A DNA stretch of 64,000 nt from an uncultured Methanobacteriaceae archaeon (GCA_963775495.1 CAVZIM010000009.1:39962-103961), one strand, 5' to 3'; counted from the stretch's first letter, positions 11,212-22,392 are shown. Notes: a model not told the origin generated them from the sequence alone. Program-made: numbers and translations.

Positions 11212-12042
11212 TTATAAGATAGACAAATTAAAAAAACCAGTTTTTGGAATAAAAAACATAACAAAAATTTGTAGACCTACTACAACCAGAAGAGTAGTCA
11301 ATATGAAGAAATATTCATTTTTGCCTATAGTTTTAGTTTTAGCGTTATAAATTTGGGATTGATCAGAATATCCCCGACTTAACATACTTAAATATACACT
11401 TTCACCCCGTTCATATGATCTTAAAAACATCATAGCTACAGTATATGCTACTTGTCTGAGTCTCCACATATAATCAATCTTTTTATTGAAAATATCAAAA
11501 TTACGAGTAATTTGAGCATTCCTTATTCTTTGAAGTTCATCGTAGAACATGAAGAGAAACCTTATAAAAAGACTGAAGATCATTGAAAAATCTCTTGGCA
11601 AACCCAATTTTCTGAAGGATTCAGCAACTTCCTGCATGGGACTTAAAGAAGATAGGAGTACTATACATGTTAATGTTACTATGAGTCTGGAAATAAGCAA
11701 TGCACCAAATATTACGCCTTGTGAGGTTATATGTATTCCTAAAGGTAAAGAATAGATAATTGTACCAGAATGTACAAACGGCTGCAATATAGCTATTGAT
11801 CCACCAAATGGAATTATCAGTAGTATTTTAATAAATGAACTTTTGAGTGATAGACGTGATAATAAAATTAACGATACAAGATATATTTCAATTAAAGCTA
11901 GAATGAGAATGTTTGTTGTGTAAACTGCATAAATTATTATGAATATTAAAACAATCAATTTAACTCTACCATCTAATGAATGGAGAATACTTTCTTTCAT
12001 GCTTTCTCTTTCAAGCTCGTAGAATTGTCCTTCGGCACTCAA
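11212..12042 (-). CDS. cbiQ: Ni/Co ECF transporter transmembrane T component (CbiQ/NikQ)
   Basis: LDGRVKL, LFIRFLFMFYDELQRIRNAQITR and RSYERGESVYLSMLSRGY motifs. Confidence 0.9.
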   Translation of the reverse strand: MSAEGQFYELERESMKESILHSLDGRVKLIVLIFIIIYAVYTTNILILALIEIYLVSLILLSRLSLKSSFIKILLIIPFGGSIAILQPFVHSGTIIYSLPLGIHITSQGVIFGALLISRLIVTLTCIVLLSSLSPMQEVAESFRKLGLPRDFSMIFSLFIRFLFMFYDELQRIRNAQITRNFDIFNKKIDYMWRLRQVAYTVAMMFLRSYERGESVYLSMLSRGYSDQSQIYNAKTKTIGKNEYFFILTTLLVVVGLQIFVMFFIPKTGFFNLSIL

Positions 12043-12121
12043 TAGTGTTAAACCTCGATGATATTTGATTTACAGTTAAGATGTATTTGATTAAAGGATT
12101 AAATGAAAACTAGAAAATTTT

Positions 12122-12430
12122 CTAGTTATCAATTTTTTTGTTCCTTCTTTTTAGTATTTCAGTTACAATGTATACAAATCCAAGTGCTATTAGAACACCT
12201 ATTACCAATGCTACTATTCCTGCAAGCGGACTATTGCCTAAAAACGGAACTTTATAGTTTTCAAACGGCGCATGATAATATCCAGGGTTTTGCATTACAT
12301 TAGGATTTAAATGTTCTGCTGTTGCTTCGAGTCCATCAGGATTGGTTGAAGCTATAAATGGTGATAAAACACCTAATATTAAAGCAATGATCAACCCGCC
12401 TATCAAAAGATTTTTATTTTTAGGATTCAT
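12122..12430 (-). CDS. PDGLE-domain protein (NikN-like ECF accessory subunit)
   Basis: ASTNPDGLE motif flanked by two TM helices; overlaps the cbiM/nikM stop codon. Confidence 0.88.
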   Translation of the reverse strand: MNPKNKNLLIGGLIIALILGVLSPFIASTNPDGLEATAEHLNPNVMQNPGYYHAPFENYKVPFLGNSPLAGIVALVIGVLIALGFVYIVTEILKRRNKKIDN

Positions 12431-13152
12431 TTTGCAACAGCCTCTACGGGTCCAGGTTCTTTAATATCGGTTTTAGGTCTTTCTAAGCTATTCCATACCA
12501 ATAGATCTGGTCTTACCTTCTCTAATGTTGATATGACAATAACTGTGATTATTGCTTCGAATATACCTATCATTGCATGGAATCCACCCATATATAACAG
12601 TCCTAAGCCCAATGGGAATGTGCCTGCTAACCATAGTTCCACGGATGCCAGACAAGCAGATAGGAATATAGCTACCCATGATGCTATACCAATAGCCCAC
12701 CACTTACGTTTCCCTAAAATCCCTGTTCCTTTTAGTACACCATCTGAACCCATTCTAGGTTTGTATAGTGTTTTCCAACCGTAATATCCTACAAAACCGC
12801 CACATATCCCCATATTTATTATGTTAGCTCCCATGGTTGTTAAACCACCATCGCCGAAGAATATTCCTTGTATCATTAATACTAACGCAATAACAATAAC
12901 TGCTGCCCATGGACTCATGAATATTATTGCCACCATTGCAGCCCCAACCATATGGCCACTAGATCCAAATGGAATAGGAATATTCATTGACATTATTGCA
13001 AATATACCCGCAGCTAAAACAGCCATCAAAGGTATGCTTTTTTCACTTAGTTTTACCCGACCCCATCTGAAAGCAAATATCAAAGCAATAACTGCTATAG
13101 TCCAATATATGGCACATTGCCACAACGGTATAAATCCATCCGGTATATGCAT
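12427..13152 (-). CDS. cbiM: Ni/Co ECF substrate-binding S component (CbiM/NikM, NikM-like N-terminus)
   Basis: N-terminal MHIPDGF metal-binding motif; [23 protein letters not shown]; AGGAGG SD. Confidence 0.92.
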   Translation of the reverse strand: MHIPDGFIPLWQCAIYWTIAVIALIFAFRWGRVKLSEKSIPLMAVLAAGIFAIMSMNIPIPFGSSGHMVGAAMVAIIFMSPWAAVIVIALVLMIQGIFFGDGGLTTMGANIINMGICGGFVGYYGWKTLYKPRMGSDGVLKGTGILGKRKWWAIGIASWVAIFLSACLASVELWLAGTFPLGLGLLYMGGFHAMIGIFEAIITVIVISTLEKVRPDLLVWNSLERPKTDIKEPGPVEAVAK

Positions 13153-13203
13153 TTAAATCCTCCTTTTATCCCTATTGTGATATTAAAGCTTATAAATATA
13201 ACA

Positions 13204-13218
13204 CATAGTAATACTATG
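13204..13218. promoter_or_regulatory. Perfect palindrome CATAGTA-A-TACTATG next to the cbiM/nikM TATA box; candidate metal-responsive operator
   Basis: 7-1-7 inverted repeat; the GTAATAC/GTATTAC core recurs at 13240, 13319 and 13657. Confidence 0.55.
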
Positions 13219-13560
13219 CCACGATTTTAAGGGGAGAATGTAATACCACCTTAAATATGCTTTAACGTCTTAAAACCTTATTTAAGGTTTAAATCTTATA
13301 ATATAAATACTTAAGTTGGTATTACTAATTTGATTTTTTTATACTTAAAATTATTACATTTATTATTACAATCCATATACTATTTAGATAAATGAATTTG
13401 ATTAGTTGTTTTAATATTGATTGGATCAACCTTTGCATTTTAGGGGTTACACTTCAAGATCACTTTTTAGTGAAAATAAAAAAGTTAATGATTATTACAT
13501 AGGGTATCTGATACATTTGAGCAAAATGATGATAGATACCCCATATAAACTTGATTTACT

Positions 13561-13594
13561 GTAGGGATCCGTGGTTTATAATACGGATCCCCAC
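13561..13594. other. GC-rich intergenic stem-loop (GGGATCCGT-N10-ACGGATCCC)
   Basis: Perfect 9-bp inverted repeat, 13564-13572 with 13583-13591, in a 950-bp AT-rich intergenic region; function unknown. Confidence 0.5.
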
Positions 13595-14101
13595 TTCTAC
13601 GCAGGTATATGGCTTGAGTTTATCAAATTAATAATTTATTATATTATAGAATGTTAGTAATACTAAATTTCTATTTGTTCATATTATAAAGTTGTCATAT
13701 TTAATATATAATACTTTCTATTTCTTTCGTAATAATACTTTTAACCACAAAATAGGATTATGAGTAATAACTAAGTAGTAGAAGTTCAAATTCACAAGAA
13801 TCATCATATCAAATAAATACAGTCAATATATCTTAAAAAATTATTTTTAAAAAGTATGAATGTAATCCTAAAAAACATACAGAATTTATATCTAATAATT
13901 ATAAAATAAAACTATAATCATATTTTAAAGATAATTCTCAAAGAATAAATTGATGGATAATTATCTCATATACTGTATTTTCATTATAGAAACTGCATTA
14001 TTGTCTAAATCATCATATAGTTAGATGTATACTTTTTATAATGCAATGGATAACTATTTTTTAAAAAAAGTATGGATTAAAAATATAAAAAAAATCTAAA
14101 T

Positions 14102-14524
14102 TTAGTTAATGTTTACGGTGAAGCTTTCTTTCTTCTCTAATTTTGGTACTTCTACTGTTAAAAGTCCATTTTCAAATTTGGCATTAGCTTCTTCGGCGAA
14201 AACTTTTTTAGGAAAACGTACAGTTCTTCTAATGATTGTTGGCCTTCTGTTATAACCCGTTACATCTTCTATGTGTTCATCTTTAAACTCGGCCTTTACT
14301 TTCAGTTTAGTATCTGTGATATTGATTTCAATATTTTCCTTTTTTACTCCTGCAAGATCGATTCTGATAATTATGGTATCGTCAGTCTCGATTATATCTT
14401 TACCTGGAACAAAAGTGTAATCGACTATTGATTTTTCTATGTCATTTTTGATGCTTTCAATGGTACATGCAGTGTCCTCTAGCATCTGATCTATAAATCC
14501 TTTACTATCCATTCTTTTTTTCAT
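14102..14524 (-). CDS. Small heat-shock protein (Hsp20/alpha-crystallin)
   Basis: IRIDLAGVKKENIEI and AKFENGLLTVEVPK motifs. Confidence 0.92.
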   Translation of the reverse strand: MKKRMDSKGFIDQMLEDTACTIESIKNDIEKSIVDYTFVPGKDIIETDDTIIIRIDLAGVKKENIEINITDTKLKVKAEFKDEHIEDVTGYNRRPTIIRRTVRFPKKVFAEEANAKFENGLLTVEVPKLEKKESFTVNIN

Positions 14525-14725
14525 ATTTTTAGCCTCATTTTTGAGTCGAGATTATATTTACCTTAGGTAACTATAAAGCTTTCGTTTTAAACAAGGTCAT
14601 GAATGTGTTTAAACCTAAAAATTTTTTTTAGGGGAATAAACAGAGCCAAAATTTAAGGGACAGTTAAATGAGTAATATTAAATAAAATGTAATATTAAAT
14701 TACCAATAAATAAGGAGAAAAAAAC

Positions 14726-14908
14726 ATGCCAGTTATAACAATAGATGGGCCTAAAATGAATAAAGAACAAAAATCTAAACTTGTAGCAGCATATGCAGAA
14801 TCTGCAAGTGAAATAATGGGACTTCCAGTAGATGCTATGGTTATTATTATAAGGGAAGTTGAAGGAGAAAATGTTGGGGTTGGAAACAAACTCTTGTGTG
14901 ATAGATAA
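14726..14908 (+). CDS. dmpI: 4-oxalocrotonate tautomerase family protein (DmpI-like)
   Basis: 60 aa, Met-Pro N-terminus (catalytic Pro1), EQKSKLV, ENVGVG; AAGGAG SD. Confidence 0.9.
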   Translation: MPVITIDGPKMNKEQKSKLVAAYAESASEIMGLPVDAMVIIIREVEGENVGVGNKLLCDR

Positions 14909-15024
14909 CTTTTAAGAATATTCAATCTTTTATTCTAAACATTAATAAAAACATTAAAATAATTGTGATTTGGTATAAACAGAACTTTTTTATAATATGA
15001 TATAAAGATTAATTAGGATAACAC

Positions 15025-15787
15025 ATGAAAGCAATAAAAAAACTAGAGATTAAGAAAACACCTCAATACAAAATATTTTCGTTCGATAATAAGGTAGATG
15101 TTGTAAAGGGACAGGTTAAAGTTAAGATTCTCGATTCATTATATCTAAAGAACATGAGTTTTAATGAAATAGTGGAGTTAACTGGAAAGGCTAAACCAAC
15201 AGTATCCCAACATCTTAGAGAATTAGTCGATGAGGGGTTAATTAAATCTACTAAGGATCCTGGCGATGCTAGAAGGAAAATATTTTGCTTAAATGCAGAG
15301 TTTTTAGGGGAATTATATAGGAATAAAGAATCTAAATTTGATATAGATGAATATTTCTCAAAACTGCCACAGCTAAAAGAATCCATTTGAATTCTACAGA
15401 CTAATTTTACGTTCACTTAGAGCTGAATTTTGGAACGAAGGAATTAATATCGACCCAATACTCCACAATGCAGGAAAAAGGGTAGGCGATGTTTTTTATG
15501 AAGAGCTAAAAAATAATGATCTGAAGATACTCCTTAAAAACATTTCAAAATTTTGGGAAGACAAACAATTAGGACAGATAGAGGTTAAAAAACTGGTTCC
15601 ATTAACAATTTGTGTATATGATTGTTTTGAATGTAAAGATCTGCCTGAAATAGGTGAACCTGCTTGTTCTTTTGATTCGGGAGTTTTAGATTCAATTTTT
15701 TCCAGACATTTTAAAAGAGATATAATAACCATTGAAACCGAATGTTATGCAATGGGAAATGATTGCTGTAAATTTGTAATTGACTAA
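15025..15787 (+). pseudogene. ArsR-HTH + V4R regulator (MsvR-like), frameshifted near 15375
   Basis: The HTH frame ends at TGA 15390. The +1 frame from 15380 reads NPFEFYRLI...DCFECKDLPEIGEPACSFDSG...ECYAMGNDCCKF and ends at TAA 15787, colinear with the intact paralog at 43.3 kb. Confidence 0.85.
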
Positions 15788-15801
15788 CATAATAATAAAT
15801 A

Positions 15802-17055
15802 TAGGGTCCTAGATTTTCAAGTTTCTGAAAGCTTTTGTAGGGCTGTTTTGGTGTTGTAACCGTTTGTTGTGATGAGTCCTGCTAAAAATACAATTAATGT
15901 GGTTGTTCTTTTGGCTGATTCTGGTGTATATTTGTGTAATCTTTTCAGACTTAGACCTGATTTGCATAATTTAAAAAAATCTTCGATTTTGCCACGGATT
16001 GGTTTGTATTTTTTCCATTTACTTATTTTTTTTAGTAATTCTGTTTTTAATCTTTTGTATAGTTTTTTTGCTTGTTTTTCTGTATTTTTATCATTAAATA
16101 TTCTCAATGGGTAGGTTAATTTGTCATTTAGCTTTTGGATCTTGAAATTTTCTTTTGGAAATATTAAAGGAACAATTTTGTATTTAGATATGCCGATTTG
16201 GTAGTTTTTGTAGCTGTAATATCCTCTGTCAAATATTATGGTGTCGTTTTTCCTGATTATTCTCCTTTTTTGCAGGTTTTCCATTATTTCTGAGAAAATT
16301 CTAGAATCGTGTGGGGCTCCAGGATGGATTATAATGGCAACAGGCATTGCTGATTTCTGTTCTATAACTATAGTTGCTTTAAATCCTATATAAAAGCCAT
16401 AGGAAGATGAATAACTCCATTTTAGATTTCGTTTTGCAAGATATTTTTTGGAACGTTTTTTCCGTTTAACATTGTAATCTAAATCCACGGGAGTTGCATC
16501 AACGATAAAGGTTAGCTTTCCACGTCTTTTTAAAGGTTTAGTATTTAATAAAATGCTGTTTACAATTTTAACGTATGTATTGGATTCAAATCGTGACAAA
16601 AATTCGGAAATTTGGATAGCATCAGGAACATTTGATATTTCAAAAAAATTTAGCAAACGTTTATCGCTTTTTAGCTCTTGAACAACAAATTCCATTGTTG
16701 TATTAAAAAATATGGCTGTAAACATAATTTTAATGGATAAAATCATCATATTTACATTTTTAATGCCTTTTGAAGCCATAATTGTTTTCGATTTTCTTGA
16801 ACCGATAATTTTAAATATTTTACTTAACAAGATATAGTTTGGGTCTTCTTTACTGTAATTTAGATGATGCTGCATATTTATCGCCAAATAAATATCTGTA
16901 AGCATTATTATTTAAATTTTACGGTTTAGAAGGCCCTTTATATTTATATAATTAAATATGAAATGTATTTTAAGAAACTAAAGATAAATACTACTTAATA
17001 AACTAAAAATACTAAAGGTTAACGCTTCAAAAAAAGAAAATAATCTAAGACCCTA
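15802..17055 (-). mobile_element. Insertion sequence (DDE, IS4/IS5-like), about 1.25 kb
   Basis: Terminal inverted repeats TAGGGTCCTAGATT (15802-15815) and TAGGGTCTTAGATT (reverse complement of 17042-17055), 13/14 match; flanking direct repeat TAATAAATA at 15793-15801 and 17056-17064. Confidence 0.9.
15817..16905 (-). CDS. DDE transposase
   Basis: IVDAT (D), FDRGY (D), RGKIEDFFK (E); single ORF inside the terminal repeats. Confidence 0.92.
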   Translation of the reverse strand: MLTDIYLAINMQHHLNYSKEDPNYILLSKIFKIIGSRKSKTIMASKGIKNVNMMILSIKIMFTAIFFNTTMEFVVQELKSDKRLLNFFEISNVPDAIQISEFLSRFESNTYVKIVNSILLNTKPLKRRGKLTFIVDATPVDLDYNVKRKKRSKKYLAKRNLKWSYSSSYGFYIGFKATIVIEQKSAMPVAIIIHPGAPHDSRIFSEIMENLQKRRIIRKNDTIIFDRGYYSYKNYQIGISKYKIVPLIFPKENFKIQKLNDKLTYPLRIFNDKNTEKQAKKLYKRLKTELLKKISKWKKYKPIRGKIEDFFKLCKSGLSLKRLHKYTPESAKRTTTLIVFLAGLITTNGYNTKTALQKLSET

Positions 17056-17203
17056 TAATAAATATAATAGTTGTTAAATATTTTTTTCATAAAATATCAG
17101 GATATCATCTCAACCAATAATATCAAATTCTATTAATCAGATATATAATCACAACATTTGTACTAAATAGATTAATTTCTTTAACGGAATTTAGGTGAGA
17201 ACC

Positions 17204-19321
17204 ATGAAAAGTCCTGAAGGAAAAGCTTCTAAAAATAGATACAACCATTTAAAGGATGAAAAAAGTCCTTATTTAATACAACATGCAACTAACCCCGTAG
17301 ATTGGTATCCTTGGGGTGATGAAGCATTTAAGAAGGCTGAAAAAGAAGATAAGCCTATTTTTTTATCAATTGGATATTCTACATGTCATTGGTGTCATGT
17401 TATGGCACATGAATCATTTGAAAATCCAGAAATTGCTACTCTTTTAAACCAAGTTTTTGTTCCAATTAAAGTAGATTGTGAGGAACGACCCGATATTGAT
17501 GGTATTTATATGACTGCATGTCAGATAATGACTGGAACTGGTGGATGGCCGTTAACCATTATTATGACTCCCGATAAAAAGCCATTTTTTGCTGGAACCT
17601 ATTTCCCAAAGGAAAGCGGATTCGGTACAATTGGTTTGAAAGATTTGATATTAAATATTCAAGATATTTGGAAAGATAACAGGTCAGAAGCCCTGAATTC
17701 TGGTGAACAGATATTAACTGCACTCCAAGAAGTTTCAAAAACTGGAAACGGAGAATATCTTGGTGAAAAGATATTAGAAATTACTTATGAGGAACTTTCA
17801 AAGGTATTTGACGATGAAAATGGTGGTTTTGGTGATTTTCAAAAATTTCCAACACCACATAATTTAATGTTCCTTTTAAGGTATTGGAAACGTACAGCAA
17901 ACAAACATGCATTGTATATGGTAACAAAAACCCTTGATTCAATGGCAATGGGTGGTATCTACGATCATCTTGGGTTTGGTTTCCATCGTTATTCGGTTGA
18001 TAAGGATTGGCTGGTACCGCATTATGAAAAGATGCTTTATGATCAAGCATTAATTGCAATAATTTATACTGAGGCATTTCAGGCAACTGGAAACTGGTAT
18101 TATAAAAGAATAACAGAAGAAATATTTGAATATGTTCTTAGAGACATGTGTTCACCAGAAGGTGCCTTTTATTCTGCAGAAGATGCTGATAGTGAAGGGG
18201 TTGAAGGTAAATTTTATGTATGGACAGCTAATGAAATTAAAGAAGTTCTTGATCATGATGATGCCAAGTTTATATCGTTTGTTTATGATGTCAAGGATGA
18301 TGGAAATTTTAATGATGGTTACTCCCAAAAATCCAAGAACAACATTCTACATTTAAAACATGATATTAATGAACTTACAGAGTTGCTTGATCTCTCAAGA
18401 TCGGAAATAGAAAATAAAATCGAAACCATACGTATTAAACTTTATAATGAACGTGAAAAACGTATCCATCCACATAAAGATGATAAAATATTAACTGATT
18501 GGAATGGATTAATGATTGCATCATTATCCCAAGCTGCACAAGTATTTAATAATGAAAAATATTTAGAAGCAGCGAAGGTTGCAGCAGATTTTATTCTAAA
18601 AAAACTTTTAGTTAATAACAGACTCATGCACAGGTACCGTGAAGGTAATGCAGGAATAGATGGTAATTTAGATGATTATTCATTTATGATATGGGGTTTA
18701 CTGGAATTATACACCGCAAGTTTTGATGTTAAATATCTAAATGCTGCTATAAACCTTAATAAGACTTTAATAAAATATTTCTGGGATATTGAAAACAATG
18801 GATTTTACTTCACTGCATCTGATTCTGAAAAGGTTCTTATTCGTGAGAAAAAAATATATGATAGTGCAACACCCGCAGGAAACTCTGTTGAATTATTAAA
18901 TTTGCTACATATAGCAAGGTTAACAGATGATCCAGAACTTGAAGCAATGGCCGTTAAGATGGAGACTTCATTCTCAGAGGATGTAATGAGATTACCAACA
19001 GGTCATACATATTTTATTACAGCAGTTGATTTTGATGTTGGACCATCATTTGAAGTGGTTGTAGTTGGTAAATCTGGTACATCCGATACTCAAAACATGT
19101 TAAACAAAATAAAAAAACATTATATACCAAATAAAGTGGTAATATTCAAGGATCCTGATAATCCAGATGATGTGAATAAAATTGCCGAGTCAATAAAGTT
19201 TAAGGAAAGTATTAATGGTATTGCTACTGCACATATCTGTACTTCTAAAAGTTGCAAACAACCCACAACAGATGTTAATGAGATGTTAAAACTGTTGGGT
19301 ATTAATTTAGATATTGAATAA
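17204..19321 (+). CDS. Thioredoxin-domain protein, YyaL/SSP411 (DUF255) family
   Basis: [44 protein letters not shown]; start refined to ATG 17204 behind GGTGA. Confidence 0.92.
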   Translation: MKSPEGKASKNRYNHLKDEKSPYLIQHATNPVDWYPWGDEAFKKAEKEDKPIFLSIGYSTCHWCHVMAHESFENPEIATLLNQVFVPIKVDCEERPDIDGIYMTACQIMTGTGGWPLTIIMTPDKKPFFAGTYFPKESGFGTIGLKDLILNIQDIWKDNRSEALNSGEQILTALQEVSKTGNGEYLGEKILEITYEELSKVFDDENGGFGDFQKFPTPHNLMFLLRYWKRTANKHALYMVTKTLDSMAMGGIYDHLGFGFHRYSVDKDWLVPHYEKMLYDQALIAIIYTEAFQATGNWYYKRITEEIFEYVLRDMCSPEGAFYSAEDADSEGVEGKFYVWTANEIKEVLDHDDAKFISFVYDVKDDGNFNDGYSQKSKNNILHLKHDINELTELLDLSRSEIENKIETIRIKLYNEREKRIHPHKDDKILTDWNGLMIASLSQAAQVFNNEKYLEAAKVAADFILKKLLVNNRLMHRYREGNAGIDGNLDDYSFMIWGLLELYTASFDVKYLNAAINLNKTLIKYFWDIENNGFYFTASDSEKVLIREKKIYDSATPAGNSVELLNLLHIARLTDDPELEAMAVKMETSFSEDVMRLPTGHTYFITAVDFDVGPSFEVVVVGKSGTSDTQNMLNKIKKHYIPNKVVIFKDPDNPDDVNKIAESIKFKESINGIATAHICTSKSCKQPTTDVNEMLKLLGINLDIE

Positions 19322-19413
19322 TTCAAATAAAAAAAATACTTGAAAAAAACCCCATCAAAGGATATCTAAACCATAAATTGTTATTCCAGATCATATGGGT
19401 ATAAAAACATTAA

Positions 19414-20082
19414 TTATTTTTTAAGATAGTTTACACCATCTTCTTTTCCAACAATGACCTCATCAACAATTTGGGAGAATATACCATTCTCAACTACTCC
19501 GGGTATTGTGTTGAGTTCTGTTTCTAATTTTTTAGGGTTTTTTATGATAAATTTCACATCGTAGATAAAATTTCCATTATCTGTTACAACAGGACCATCC
19601 TTCATTTCAGCCATTCTTAATTGGGGCGATCCCCCCATATCAACCAGGTGTTTTCTTACTGTCCGAGTTGCCTGCGGGATCACTTCAACTGGTACTGGAA
19701 AACTTCCTAGTTCCGATACTATTTTACTTTCATCTACAATTACAACAAATCTTTTTGCTGATTCATCAACTATTTTTTCGAGTGTGTGTGCGGCTCCCCC
19801 ACCTTTTATTAGATTTAGTTTAGGATCGACTTCATCTGCACCATCTACTGCAATGTCAACTTCGTGTTCTTCTAAAGTTGTTATTTGTATGCCGGCATCT
19901 CTTCCTAGAAAGAAGGATTGATAAGATGTTGGAACACCTAATATAGTAATATCTTCATTTTTAATCCTTATACCGAGTTTTTCAATGAAATAATGGGTGG
20001 TAGATCCAGTTCCAAGTCCTACAACATCTCCATCATTAACAAGTTTTGCTGCTTCGTATCCAACTCTTTTTTTAAGTTCCAT
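19414..20082 (-). CDS. rpiA: Ribose-5-phosphate isomerase A
   Basis: [33 protein letters not shown]. Confidence 0.97.
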   Translation of the reverse strand: MELKKRVGYEAAKLVNDGDVVGLGTGSTTHYFIEKLGIRIKNEDITILGVPTSYQSFFLGRDAGIQITTLEEHEVDIAVDGADEVDPKLNLIKGGGAAHTLEKIVDESAKRFVVIVDESKIVSELGSFPVPVEVIPQATRTVRKHLVDMGGSPQLRMAEMKDGPVVTDNGNFIYDVKFIIKNPKKLETELNTIPGVVENGIFSQIVDEVIVGKEDGVNYLKK

Positions 20083-20112
20083 AAAAATTTCCCCAATAAA
20101 ACTTGTTAATAA

Positions 20113-20553
20113 TCAATATTTTAAAAGTACCATGTTAAGATCTAGGCCTTTTGGACATTTTTCTCTAGGCTTTCCCATGTTTCTAATGATTTTACACCTG
20201 TCTTCTTTGTAAAGACCATCTGGAAAACACATATCCCTCAGAGAACATTTTTCGTCACATTCTGGATGGTTGAAAACTATTTTTGAGCCTTCAAATGATT
20301 TTTTAGCGTCAATTAATCCCCTTATATATGCTTTTTCAACTTCTACTACCTTTACTTTTCCACCCTCATGAATGAGGCATGGTTGTTCTCCATTCTTTAC
20401 ATTTTTAATAATATACATTCTCCCTACTTCAAGGGTATCTATACATGTATTTTTAAATCTGCAGGATTCACATTCTGATGAAGCCCCGTAATGCATAAAT
20501 TTTAGTCCTTTATTTGCCAGGCTCTTGCCTATAAGCGTTATCATTATTATCAC
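20113..20553 (-). CDS. UPF0179 family protein
   Basis: Archaeal Cys-rich pattern [31 protein letters not shown]. Confidence 0.85.
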   Translation of the reverse strand: MIIMITLIGKSLANKGLKFMHYGASSECESCRFKNTCIDTLEVGRMYIIKNVKNGEQPCLIHEGGKVKVVEVEKAYIRGLIDAKKSFEGSKIVFNHPECDEKCSLRDMCFPDGLYKEDRCKIIRNMGKPREKCPKGLDLNMVLLKY

Positions 20554-20780
20554 CTTATAAATGGGTTTTCATCCAAATTTTAAATTTGTTAATTTAATTG
20601 ATAATTATTTGAAATTATATTAAATTTAATAAAATATTTCATTAAGATTTTGTATATCGTTCAGATTATATAAATAGATATAAATTATGAACCTATTAAT
20701 GAGAATAACTAAAATGAATTGGATGTAAAAGTATTTGAAATCCATTTTAAAATTTTAAAAAAAATTATAGAAGTTCTTAT

Positions 20781-21827
20781 TTATTGTATTACACCGGTAT
20801 TAATTGCTAGATTTTCGGCTGCCTCTTCAGTAAGTCCTCTATCACTTAATATAGTGTATCTTTCACTTCGAATTGTGTGTGCCATTTTAAGGGCTTCTAT
20901 TATATATTCTGGTTCTATACCCATTTCTTTAGCAGTTGTTGGTGCTTTTATAATTTTAAGTGTGTCTCTTATGAACTTCCAGTCACCACCGTGTAAATAC
21001 ATCATCATTATGGTACCTACACCACATTGTTCGCCGTGTAATGCGGGTTTAGGTGCTATTATATCAAGTGCGTGACTGAATTTATGTTCTGATCCACTTG
21101 CGGGTCTGCTTGTACCTGCTATACTAATGGCTATACCGCTACTTATCAATGCTTTTACAACCAGACTTGCACTTTCGGTTAAACCTTCTTTGATTGCATC
21201 TGCTGATTTAATAGTCATCTTTGCCGTCATCATAGATAACGCTGCAGCTGAATCACTATAATCTTCATTTAGAAGTCTATGGGCAAGCTTCCAATCTAAT
21301 ATGGCCGTATAGTTCGATACGATGTCGCCACATCCTGCAGCGAGTAGTCTAAATGGTGCCATACTTATGATCTTAGTATCTGCAATAACTCCTATCGGTG
21401 GTTCAGCTTTTAAAGAAACACTACCGCCTTCATTCTTAATACTCGCTCTTGGTGATGCTATTCCGTCATGTGATGCTGCTGTAGGCACGCTTATGAAATT
21501 AACCCCCGATCGTGTGGATGCAAGTTTGGCTACATCAATAACTTTACCTCCGCCAACACCTAAAACAATTGAACAGTTTCTAATCAATGTCTGAACCTCT
21601 GCAACTGAATCTCTTGACGCATGGTTTATGGTAATATCTTGAACATCAAATCCTTCATCCAATAAGCTGTCAATAGCAGCTTCACCAGCTATTCTACGCG
21701 TGTTAGGTCCTGTTACTACCAATACTTTACCTTCAAGTCTTAAATTTTTGCAGATAGTACCAGTTTCATTAATTACTCCAGCTCCTGTGTGAATCTCCCT
21801 CGGTAATTGAATCTTTCTCACATCCAT
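20781..21827 (-). CDS. egsA: Glycerol-1-phosphate dehydrogenase [NAD(P)+]
   Basis: [45 protein letters not shown]; start refined to ATG 21827. Confidence 0.96.
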   Translation of the reverse strand: MDVRKIQLPREIHTGAGVINETGTICKNLRLEGKVLVVTGPNTRRIAGEAAIDSLLDEGFDVQDITINHASRDSVAEVQTLIRNCSIVLGVGGGKVIDVAKLASTRSGVNFISVPTAASHDGIASPRASIKNEGGSVSLKAEPPIGVIADTKIISMAPFRLLAAGCGDIVSNYTAILDWKLAHRLLNEDYSDSAAALSMMTAKMTIKSADAIKEGLTESASLVVKALISSGIAISIAGTSRPASGSEHKFSHALDIIAPKPALHGEQCGVGTIMMMYLHGGDWKFIRDTLKIIKAPTTAKEMGIEPEYIIEALKMAHTIRSERYTILSDRGLTEEAAENLAINTGVIQ

Positions 21828-22051
21828 GTTATCTATTACTCCATTCGACATCAAATTGTAATAAGGATAAGATAATTTTTATTAATTATATAAACATATT
21901 ATAATATCATATTTTATACTATCAACATTTCTAGGTGTTAAATAATATAATGGTAGAAATCTCAATGCTTTGTATAGGGTTTCCAGTGATTGTTTAATTT
22001 TATTTGATTGGTTGTTTCTATATAAATTATTACTATTAAACATCGATTCAT

Positions 22052-22074
22052 ATCCGCCCATTCAGATGGGGGAT
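22052..22074. other. GC-rich hairpin in the egsA/proS divergent intergenic region
   Basis: ATCC-G-CCCAT-[TCAG]-ATGGG-GGAT: 9-bp stem with one bulge and a tetraloop. Confidence 0.35.
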
Positions 22075-22392
22075 TTTAAGGTGGAAATGTTAAATAATGC
22101 AAATGATAAGTATTCATGTAGATATTTAATTTATTAATATTAAAATCCTTGTAAATATTTTCCATAAAATTTCCTTAAAGTTAGATATTAATAATATAGA
22201 TTAAAAGCTAAAAACATCAAAGTTATAATTGATAATGGTATTGAAATCATATCTAGTTTAATTATATCAAGAATTGAAAATTATTCAAATTATACTCTTG
22301 GATAATATTAATGCGTTTAAATATTAATCTGATTATAAAAGATTTTATTAATGTTGAATAGATTACAAAAACTTAAAATAAAGGGTGAATAA

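Noticed and set aside
13153-13400. Cobalamin or NiCo riboswitch upstream of cbiM/nikM
   Set aside because: No B12-box or multi-stem GC structure is visible; the region is AT-rich, with a TATA box only about 40 bp from the start codon.
15388-15390. TGA read-through (selenocysteine) as an explanation for the split regulator
   Set aside because: The V4R half is in a different frame, so read-through cannot join the halves.
15496-15732. 78-aa minus-strand ORF (and 15063-15416)
   Set aside because: Both are antisense to the frameshifted ArsR-V4R gene.
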